Made by a program: the position numbers and the translations under genes. From contig CAVVPN010000001.1 of the NCBI GenBank assembly GCA_963750165.1, positions 1 through 64,000 on the forward strand: a stretch of DNA of 64,000 bases, written 5' to 3'. The notes beneath the pieces were generated by a model. The model did no database searches, had not been told where the DNA came from, and worked only from the letters and a program-made list of their open reading frames with translations. Source of the DNA: an uncultured Gemmataceae bacterium. GTDB taxonomy: Bacteria; Planctomycetota; Planctomycetia; Gemmatales; Gemmataceae. This document shows, piece by piece, positions 1-8,652 of the stretch. How positions within the stretch are numbered: position 1 is the first letter of the stretch; each line of letters opens with the position of its first letter.

Positions 1-35
1 GCCGCGTGTCGCGGGTTCGATCCCCGCCCCCGCTA
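1..35 (+). tRNA. 3' part of a tRNA (anticodon outside the window; the acceptor end resembles elongator tRNA-Met)
   Basis: T-arm GCGGG-TTCGATC-CCCGC (11-27), acceptor strand CCCCGCT (28-34), discriminator A35; CCA not encoded. Confidence 0.8.
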
Positions 36-393
36 CTGTCACAAACCGTGTCCCGGACGCGGCTTGTGCATTTCTGGACACTCGCCATGCGTTCGACTGG
101 GGCGGCGACTTGAGTCCAGGCTTGAGTACGGGCTGGTGGCTTGTCTCCAGCTCGGTAGATGCACCAGGTCGATGTGTCCGACGCGCCGAACGCTTCGACA
201 CGAACTCACCTCGGTGGGGCAGACCGGAGCAGGTTGGGGAGGGCTTGCTCCGGCCCCTTCCGATCCCCAGGGAGGCGTGCCCCACGACCCCAGGATGCCT
301 GCTCGACGATGCGGTCAGGCGCCTCCCCGACCCACCCCCGATGGGGGCTAGCTCGTTCGCAAGCCGGCCTGCCCGTTGAATCGCCGGTGGGCC

Positions 394-3300
394 TCAGTCC
401 TTCCCCTTCCCGGATGGCAGGGCCTGCTCGCGGACGGTCAGGGTGAAGGCGCCGCGGCCCGCGTTGAAGGAGGTGGACCGGATTCGGTAGGTGTCACCCT
501 TCTCAGCGCGGAAGACGATGCGGGCGCTGAGTCCGCCGCCGCCGTCGTCTTCCGCCAACTGCTTGCCGGCGGCGTCAAAAAGGACCAGGTAGGGGTCGAG
601 GGCTTTGTGGTCGGGGCTGACCAAGTCGATGACGCAGGTCTGGCCCGCTCGCAATCGCACCCGGTAGAGCAGCGCCGGGGTCTGCGCATCCAGTTGGCCC
701 TGGAACTGCAGTCCCTTGCCGACCTCGTGGACTGGGCCGAGCTACTTGCTTTGCGGCTGATCCGCTTGCTTGAGTAGCGCCGCCACGTCGGCCCAGAGTT
801 GGGTGAACGCCGCCCGCTCCTCCGCGCCCAATTTCGCCAGGGCCGCCGCGTCACGGAGGCTGGCCAGGTCGCGGTCCTGCTGCCAGTGCCGCAGCGTCCG
901 CCGCACGGACGCGCGTGCTTTAACCGGGTCGCTCGCGATCAACTGGGCGTGCGCGTCCAGGTCGGCGCGCAGCCAGTCGAGTGCCTGCCGGCGCAGGCGG
1001 GCCTTCTCCGGGTCGTCGAGCTTGGCGGCGTCCTCGCCCTGGCCGGCGGCGGCCAGAGCGGCGGAGCAGGCGGCGTCGTAGCGATGCTGGGCGGCCAGGT
1101 CGCCGGCCACTTTGGGGTCGGCGGCGAAGGCGTCCGCGGACAGACGTGCCGCGGCAGCGTGGTGCTTTTTGGCCTGGCAGACGAAGGCCAGGTCCAGGCG
1201 CTCCGCCGTATTGCCGGGCTGGAAATCGCCCTTGAGGAACGCGGGCAGCCGGGCCTCCAGCGCCGCCCGCCGCTCCGCCTGGTGGACCAAGTCAAGCCGA
1301 TTCGTCCCCAGTTCGTGGCCCCGCTTGAGCGCCGCCAGGGACTCGGCGAACCGGCCCCGGCGCGCAGCGTAAAGCCCAGGTTGGTGTGGAACGTAGCGTT
1401 CTTCGAGTCGAGTTTGGTGGCCTCGTTGAAGCAGGCGATGGCTTCGTCCAAATCGCCCTTGGCCTGCAGCGCGTTGCCCAGGTTGTCGTGGGCCAAGGCG
1501 TAGTTCGGGTTGAAACCGATGGCCTTGCAGAAGCAGTCGATGGCTTCGTCCAGGTCGCCCCTGGCCTGCAGCGCGTTGCCCAGGGTGGTGTACGCCGGGG
1601 CCCACTTCGGTCCGAGTTCGACGGTCTTGCTCCAGCAGTCCATGGCCTTGTGGTAGCAGATGATGGCTTCGTCCACCATGCCCCCGGTCTGCAGCGCTTG
1701 ACCCAGGTTGTAATGGGCCCAGGCGTTTTGCGGGTGGAGTTCGGTGACGGTGGCCATGAGGTAGCAGGCGATGGCTTCGTCCACCTTGCCCCGGGCCCGC
1801 AGCGCCTTGCCCAGGTTGTCGTAGGCCGAGGCGAATTTCGGGTCGAATTCGATGGCCTTGCAGTAGCAGGCGATGGCTTCGTCCAGGTCGCCCCTGGCCT
1901 GCAGCGCGTTGCCCAGGGTGGTGTACGCCGGGGCCCACGCCGGTCCGAGTTTGACGGTCTTGCGCCAGCAGTCCATGGCCTTGCGGTAGGAGGCGATGGC
2001 GTCGTCCACCTTGCCCTTGGCCTGCAGCGCAATCCCCAGGTTGTCGTAGGCCGAGGCGAATTTCGGGTCGAATTCGATGGCCTTGCAGTAGCAGGCGATG
2101 GCTTCGTCCAGGTCGCCCCTGGCCTGCAGCGCGTTGCCCAGGGTGGTGTACGCCGGGGCCCACGCCGGTCCGAGTTTGACGGTCTTGCGCCAGCAGTCCA
2201 TGGCCTTGCGGTAGGAGGCGATGGCGTCGTCCACCTTGCCCTTGGCCTGCAGCGCAATCCCCAGGTTGTAATGGGCCCAGGCGTATTTCGGGTCGAGTTC
2301 GGCGGCCTTGCGCCAGCAGGCGATGGCCGCGTCCAGCTCGCCCCTGCTGTACAGTGGGCCGCCCAGGTTGATGTGGGTGACACTGTTCCGAGGGGCGACC
2401 GCGACCGCCGCCTGGAACCAGCGCGCCGCCTCCCCAGAGCCGCCTTTGACCTCGCTTTGGTAGATGGAGCCCAGGGCCATGAGCAACCCCAGGTCGTCCG
2501 GACGTTGCCCCACCGCCCCCAGCAGCAGTTGCCGCCGCTGCTCCACCGTCAACGCCCCGCTCTCATTCAGAAAGGCCACGAACCCCGGCGGCTGCTCTGC
2601 CGCCCGCGCTTGTCCCCCCAACTCTTGTAACTTTTTCGGGTCCTGCGCCAGCACGGCATCGCGCACCGCATCGCGATACGGGTCGGGGTCGGCCTCCCGC
2701 AGCACTTCCCGCACCCACGGCAACGGCTCCAGCTTCAGCCACCAATCCAGCGCGGACACCAGACGCTCCCGAACCGCCGATTCGGACACGCGCGCCGCCG
2801 CCGCCCGCGCCGAGACCGACGCGGGGTTCAGGCCGTAGTGCAGCAGCGCCGCACGGAACCGGGGCGGCACCGTCTTGGGGTCTGGGGTGGAATTCCCGGC
2901 CACCGTCCAGCGGTATTGATTCACTTTGTCCAGTTCCTGCAGCACGCTCAGGTCCTCCCCGAGCCGGGCGCCGCCCCGCCAACGCTTCCGCCCCGCCCTC
3001 GTCCGCCCGCTTCTGCGCCGCCTGCAGCAGCACCTGAGCCTTGGCCGCGTCACCCACGTGCAGCGCCGCCTCCGACTGGTCGAGCAGCCCCGCCACCGCC
3101 TCGGCGTTGCGCTGCCGCCGCTCCTGCTCGGCGGCGGCTTGCGTCAGGTAGACGCTCGTGCCCGCGGCGCCGCCCAGCACCGACAGCACCGCCGCCGCCG
3201 CCAGCGCAGTGGCCAACCGCCGCCCCCGCCGTTCCGCCCGCCGCCGCTGGGCTTCCTCCTCGGCCCGCGCACTTTCAGCCACTCGCAGTTTTTTTCCTCT

Positions 3301-4662
3301 TCGGCCCGCGCCGCCTCGGCCTCAGCCCGCTCGGCCTGGACGATGCGCAACTTTGTCTCCTCCGCGGCCCGCGCCGCGGCGGTGGCCGCCTCGATCTCCG
3401 CCGCTTTCAGGCGCCGCTGCACTTCCTGGCGATAGGCGGCCACCGCCTGGGCCACCACCGCCCCATTCGCCGGCCGCTCTTCCTTGTCGGCGGCCATGCA
3501 CGCCCGCGCCACAGCGATCAGTTCGCCGTCCGCCCCGCAGCCTTCCAGACGCGACCAGGCCTCGGCCAAGTCCGCGCGTTTGGCCTTCGCAAGGACCTCG
3601 CAAATGTCGTGGCCCAGGTACGGCGGGCTCCCCGTCAACACCTCACACAGGATCGCCCCCAGGCCGAACACATCCGCCCGCGCGTCCAGACGTTCTAACT
3701 CGCCGCGGGCCTGCTCTGCTGCCATGTAAGCCAGCGTGCCCAGCACGGTCTCGGCCGTCGTCTCCAGGCCCACAGCGGCCGCCGTCTGCTTCAGTCCGAA
3801 TACCGTGCCCGGCTCTTCTGCCCCGAGTTGGGGCGCCGCCGCCGGGCCGGGCCGCAACACCTTGGCCAACCCCCAGTCGATGACCTGGACCTCGCCGAAG
3901 GCGCCGACCATGACGTTGCCCGGCTTCAGGTCGCGGTGGATCACCCGCCGGCTGTGCGCGTAACCGACCGCTTCGCACAGTTGCTCGAAGATCAGCAAGA
4001 ACCGCGGCAATTCCGCGGCCGGTGTCGCCCGCTGGCGGAGCAGTTCGCTGAGGCTGGAGCCTTGAATCAGCTTCATGATGAAATAGGAGCGGCCGTCCGG
4101 AAACTGACCCTGGTTGTGGACGGGGGGGATGCCCGGGTGCTGCAAGCACCCCGTCAGCCGTCCTTCGTAGACTAACCGCCGTTCTTCCCCGACATGGCGG
4201 CCGCGCACCATTTTCAGCGCCAGGGGGCGCTTGAAGTCGTTATCCCAAACGCGGCACGATGCGCCCCATGCCGCCCTGTTTCAACTCGCGGCCCAGGAGG
4301 TAAGGCCCGACGTGCGCCGGCAAATCCGCCGGGCGCTTCGCACCACTTTCCCCGGTGTCCACGGGCCAGTGCTCGTTCACCGTGCGTTGCTGACTTTGCT
4401 CGGAATCGGGTGGTGCCGGGGTCTGCCCCCCTTTGCCGGGAGCGCCTTCCACGGCGCTGTAGCGATCGCTCTGCTCGACCCCGGGTAGGTCCAGCAGCTT
4501 GTCGGCCGCCTGCAACAAGGCTATTTGGCGACGCACTTCGGCCCAATCCACCGAGTGCTGCCAGCAGAGCTCCTGTAGTTCTTCGTCGCTGAACGGCCCG
4601 CCCTCGGAGGTACGGCGCTCGTACAGAGACAACAGTTCGTCAATCCGGCGATCGTCGGTCAT
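394..4662 (-). pseudogene. Ser/Thr protein kinase with TM segment, TPR repeats and C-terminal PPC-like domain; interrupted by 4 frameshifts (~4255, ~3288, ~2970, ~1355) and an in-frame TAG (742-744)
   Basis: GGMG loop, ALK, HRDLKPGN, DWGLAK, GTLAYMAAEQARG, DVFGLG; TPR repeats (AHYNLGIAL...); HRYDAACSAA C-terminal block; DPYLVL...EDDGGGGLSARI PPC-like domain in frame beyond the stop. Could be real decay or assembly error. Confidence 0.85.
1810..2269. repeat. Exact tandem duplication with 225-bp period inside the TPR region
   Basis: cccaggttgtcgtaggccgag... starts at 1810 and again at 2035; encodes a 75-aa unit twice. Confidence 0.9.
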
Positions 4663-4668
4663 GGGGCG

Positions 4669-5268
4669 TTACTCCAAAAGTGCCTCGCCAAACCGGTCGG
4701 CCAAACTTACCCGCGCTTGCCGCCAACGCCTCTTCACTGTTTTCAAGGAAACACCCAGCACTTGCGCAATGTCCTGCTGCTCCAGGCCGTGATACCACAC
4801 CAGCGCGAAGACCTCCCTTACATCCTCGGGAAACCCATCAACACTTTCGTGGAACAGTGCCCACTGCTCCAACCGAGCCGGATCACTCGCCGGGATGGCG
4901 GGGTGGTCGGAACTGCTCAACTCTCCGACCGGAGATTGCTCATGGGTGCCTGGCCCCTGCGGCCCGTGGTAATGCCGCAACAGCGTAATCAATTCGCGGC
5001 GGATCAGCATCCCGGCGAACCCGAAGAACTCTCTGGAGGTCGCGAATTTCTGCTTTTGCAAGCTCCGATGCACACGCAACAAGGTGTTCTGCAAGACATC
5101 GGGCGTCTGTTCCCGGTGGCGGACCCCCGGGAACCCTTGCAGCGCCTTGTGGACCATCGCTTCCAGGCGTCGCATGATTCTGCCGAGCAATTCTTCGCCG
5201 GCCGCGGCATCCCCTTCGCGCAAACGATCCAGCAATTTCTGAACGATCACCGAGGTTTCTTCGGACAT
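4669..5268 (-). CDS. ECF-type sigma-70 factor, kinase-associated
   Basis: LLDRLREGDAAAGEELL region 2; EVFALVWYHGLEQQDIAQVLGVSLKTVKRRW region 4; 6 bp upstream of the kinase start. Confidence 0.92.
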   Translation of the reverse strand: MSEETSVIVQKLLDRLREGDAAAGEELLGRIMRRLEAMVHKALQGFPGVRHREQTPDVLQNTLLRVHRSLQKQKFATSREFFGFAGMLIRRELITLLRHYHGPQGPGTHEQSPVGELSSSDHPAIPASDPARLEQWALFHESVDGFPEDVREVFALVWYHGLEQQDIAQVLGVSLKTVKRRWRQARVSLADRFGEALLE

Positions 5269-5292
5269 GGCTCGTTCCCGTGAACATTTGAT

Positions 5293-5418
5293 TTAGCGCG
5301 GTTCACGAAGGGCAGGCGCACACGACGTGGCACGGCTCTCCAGAGCCGTGCGGTTTCCACCACGGCTCTGGAGAGCCGTGCCACGGTTTGTGGTCCACGC
5401 GCTTGCGAACCGCTCCAG
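5293..5418. repeat. MITE-like element with (T/C)(T/C)AG-AGCGGTTC ends carrying a REP doublet (5327-5384)
   Basis: ttagcgcggttcacg...gcgaaccgctccag ends; internal GTGGCACGGCTCTCCAGAGCCGTG ... CACGGCTCTGGAGAGCCGTGCCAC. Confidence 0.7.
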
Positions 5419-5719
5419 AGTGGTTCCCAGTTGTGTGGACCACGAACGGCAGGCCGGCGCTGCCAGGCGGCGAATCTCGACGTGTGAAAAAGTTGGCGTT
5501 CTTGGCGTTCTTGGCGTCCTTGGCGTTCTTGCTGTGGCAACCGCCGCCAGTGGTGGTCGCGCCGTGCCACCCACACGGAGCAAGGGCGCCGCATCTCGAC
5601 GTATGAAAAAGTTGGCCCCCTTGGCCTCCTTGGCCCCCTTGCTGTGGCAATGCAGGCCGCTGGTGGTCAGCCCGTGCCCGCCGCCCACTCGTGTGCAAAC
5701 CGTGCGTGAACCGCTCTAG
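5415..5719. repeat. ~300-bp dispersed repeat (MITE-like), inverted copy at 30552-30837
   Basis: Two internal units 'atctcgacgt(a/g)tgaaaaagttggc-(9-mer)n-cttgctgtggcaa'; ends with gaaccgctctag. Confidence 0.85.
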
Positions 5720-6022
5720 GGATAAGGATACCAGTCCGGGAGGCGAAAAGGAACTGGTTTTTCCGAGGACACACCGCCAACCAAGGCGGGGCAAAAAAAA
5801 TTGACCCCTGAATGGCAGCGCTCTGGAGAATGTTTACGGAAGGGAGAAAATGGTTCTCCCCGGGTCGAAATGGTGGGCCGAAAACGGTGTCAGGTTGACG
5901 TTGTAGTCTGGGTCACCCTTTTTGCCCCACGATGAACAAGCGGAGACGGCGGCAGTTGGAAAGACCTCCGGAACTTTCCAACGAAATCTTTCCACTTGTT
6001 CCTTTTTACAAAGGAGCTTCAA

Positions 6023-6466
6023 ATGCCAGATCCAAGCGATCACTCAAGCTTCAAGGCAAACGGTCCAGGGGGGGATGACGGGGCTGGGTTCTTTACCAAC
6101 TCCGGGGGTTGCGATAAGGGGGTCTCGGCCTTCGGCAACACGATCGGGGTCAAGGGATGGTGCAGAACCGGCTTCGCCGGGGTCGTCGGCACGAGCGAAA
6201 CCACCACCGGGGTCTTCGGCTCGAGCCAGACTGGGTGGGGAATCGACGGCCACAGCGACAACGGCTACGGCGGGCATTTCTCCTGCGGCAAAGCAAATAA
6301 CCCTGGCGGTGCCCAACTCCGGCTTGAGCCGTCGTCGGTCCTTCGTGGCGCTCCTGACCTGGGCTTTCATGGGAGGGGTGAGTTTTTCGTTGACATGGAT
6401 GGGAACCTGTTTTATTGTGTCGCAGATGGGACGCCAGGCACATGGAAACAGGTGCAACTCGTTTAG
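6023..6466 (+). CDS. Small Gly-rich hypothetical protein with GVxGxS repeats
   Basis: AAGGAG RBS at 6011, ATG at 6023; GVKG/GVVG/GVFG/GIDG repeats; C-terminal GEFFVD...DGTPGTW. Confidence 0.7.
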   Translation: MPDPSDHSSFKANGPGGDDGAGFFTNSGGCDKGVSAFGNTIGVKGWCRTGFAGVVGTSETTTGVFGSSQTGWGIDGHSDNGYGGHFSCGKANNPGGAQLRLEPSSVLRGAPDLGFHGRGEFFVDMDGNLFYCVADGTPGTWKQVQLV

Positions 6467-6501
6467 AGGAAGAAAACGGGACCAGGAAGAAAAGAAGGAA
6501 G

Positions 6502-6538
6502 GGGGACGCGACTCGATTCTGAATCGAGTCGCGTCCCC
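6502..6538. terminator. 18-bp-stem hairpin after the small ORF (terminator or REP)
   Basis: ggggacgcgactcgattc-t-gaatcgagtcgcgtcccc. Confidence 0.55.
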
Positions 6539-6813
6539 GTTTCACTTCGGCCACAAAGGGGGACTTCGTAGATTCAAACAGCATGCGGAAAAACGGGGGC
6601 GATTCTGCTAAGCCTTTGTTTGGATGTAACTTGCGGCCAAAGTGCATCGAGCCGCCCAGGTCTCGGTAGGCGGTGAACTCGCATTCCCCGCGCGCTGCGC
6701 TGGCTACAACTGGCGGGAGGCGCCGCGGCGTGTCGGCGCCCTCTTGCAGTTCGGCCAACAGGAGGATCGAGCGCAGGAACCCAGCGGGGTCACTCCTTCG
6801 GTTCGACGAATGC

Positions 6814-8184
6814 ATGCACGCTCAGGGTGTAGGCGCCGACGCCGCGCTGCTCGTACGATGTGGCCACCTCTTCGACCTGAGTTCCTCCGGCGTGGTCTAC
6901 CAGTACGCCCTCGGCAGCGGCACCGCCTGGTACGAGGTCGGAACGCAGGACAGCAGCCTCGCGGTAGACAGCAGCGGCAACCTGTTCGCCTGGAACCCCT
7001 TGATGGGCACCGCCTACGAACACTACCTCGGGAGTGGGGGGAGTTGGGTTCAAAACGCCGCGGGCATGGGCGTCCTGGCGACGGTCCAGCCCGTGGCGGG
7101 CGCCGCCTACAGCCCCGCTTCGGGTTTGCTCTACAACCCCAACACCAGCGTCCCGAGTTACCAGGACGTGCAACAGACCCAACTCGGCGACTGCTGGCTG
7201 ATGGCGAGCCTCGCGGAGGTGGCGGCGCGGGCCTCGACGGACATCGAAACCATGTTCACCTCCGAAGGCACCACCGTGGACCACGGCTCCTTGGTCAGCG
7301 TCTACAAGGTCCGCTACTTCAACAGCAGTGGGACGGCCGAGTACATTGTCGTGGACACGGAACTGCCCGACGGCGGGAACTTGTATGATGTCCCCACCAA
7401 CGGCGCTCTGTGGGCTGCCCTGGCGGAGAAGGCGTACGCCGAGGCCAACGGCGCCGGGTTTGTCAGCAGTAACAACAAGGGCAGCGATTCCTACGCGGCC
7501 CTGGGCGGCGGTGGCGCCTCGTATGCGTTGCCGGCGATCACGGGGCATGCCACGGGCACCGTCAGCATCGACGCCACCGACCTGGCCACCGCCTGGCAGA
7601 ATGGGGACCTGATCGCCATGGCGACGCCCGCGTTGGCGTCGAACGCCACGAGTCTGTCGTCGATCAACAGTGTCAACATTGTTTCTAACCACGTCTATGC
7701 GGTCGTGGATTACAACTCTTCCACGCAGCAGTTCACGCTTTTCAACCCCTGGGGAGTCAACGGCAGCTATGAACAGATGCCGAATAACACCTACGTGTTC
7801 TGCGGGGGAACCGTGGTGGCAACGGCGTCGCAACTTGCTGGTGTTTTCACCTCCGCAACCAGCGACACAGGGGCGGCCCCTGCCGTCGGCGCGTTCCTTG
7901 CTCTGCCGCAGTCGCCGGCGACGACGGCACCGCTTGCGTTCGCCCCTGCCCCCGGGACCCATGCCGCCCAGCCGGATGCGGGCCTGCCGAAGTTGCCGGC
8001 GACGACGGCACAGGGTTCGTTCGCCCCTGCCCCCGGGACCCAGGCCGCACAACCGGATTCGGTCTCCGCGGCCACGGGGAAGCGGTTGCACCAGCCCCTC
8101 TCCGTTGTCAGCGAAGGCCTTGACGATGTGGCGGCGCGCGACCTATTGTTCAGCACCAACCTAACCTCCTGGTGGGGAATCTAA
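6814..8184 (+). CDS. C2 (calpain-like) cysteine peptidase, probably 5'-truncated; start uncertain
   Basis: QTQLGDCWLMASLA (Cys), LWAALAEKAYA, NHVYAV (His), FNPWG (Asn); no convincing start or signal peptide. Confidence 0.8.
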   Translation: MHAQGVGADAALLVRCGHLFDLSSSGVVYQYALGSGTAWYEVGTQDSSLAVDSSGNLFAWNPLMGTAYEHYLGSGGSWVQNAAGMGVLATVQPVAGAAYSPASGLLYNPNTSVPSYQDVQQTQLGDCWLMASLAEVAARASTDIETMFTSEGTTVDHGSLVSVYKVRYFNSSGTAEYIVVDTELPDGGNLYDVPTNGALWAALAEKAYAEANGAGFVSSNNKGSDSYAALGGGGASYALPAITGHATGTVSIDATDLATAWQNGDLIAMATPALASNATSLSSINSVNIVSNHVYAVVDYNSSTQQFTLFNPWGVNGSYEQMPNNTYVFCGGTVVATASQLAGVFTSATSDTGAAPAVGAFLALPQSPATTAPLAFAPAPGTHAAQPDAGLPKLPATTAQGSFAPAPGTQAAQPDSVSAATGKRLHQPLSVVSEGLDDVAARDLLFSTNLTSWWGI

Positions 8185-8652
8185 CCCCACCGACACAGAG
8201 CTGGTTACCCTCATCAACCCCTATGCGACATCCCCGCCGACCGCATCTGCCTCGCCCCGGCGTTCGGTGAAATCGCCGGGGCGCTGGCGGAACAGGGCAC
8301 AGGCAACACAGGGGGCGTTACAAGCCCTCCCTGCATTCCTTTACGCCCTGCTTCTGACAGAACGCAGCAAGGATGATCCTGTGCGATTCCAGAATCATTC
8401 GTGAATGCAACCGGGCCGGCTACCTGTCGAGGGTAACCGGCCCGCTCGGATGTCAGCACAGGTCAGCAGCGCACGCACAAAGAAGGGTACGCCGCCCACC
8501 TACCGCAACCCTTCCAGTGGCCCACCGGCATTTTTCAGTAGCGATTCGCACGGAAATGCGCTACCGTATGATTAACCTCACCGGATGGGCTGCCCGCCAT
8601 ACCGCCGGTTCCTCCTGCCTCGCCGGTCCCGCTTCCCCGTGAAGGAGCGTTC

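Noticed and set aside
130..215. Second tRNA (ccagctcggtaga resembles a D-arm)
   Set aside because: I could not build a cloverleaf with matching acceptor and T stems
1480..2270. Diversity-generating retroelement TR/VR pair
   Set aside because: The repeats are in-frame TPR duplications, the differences do not look adenine-specific, and there is no reverse transcriptase in the window
5415..5719. CRISPR array (repeated 'tgaaaaagttggc' units)
   Set aside because: Only two units, no unique equal-length spacers, no cas genes; the whole block recurs inverted at 30.6 kb
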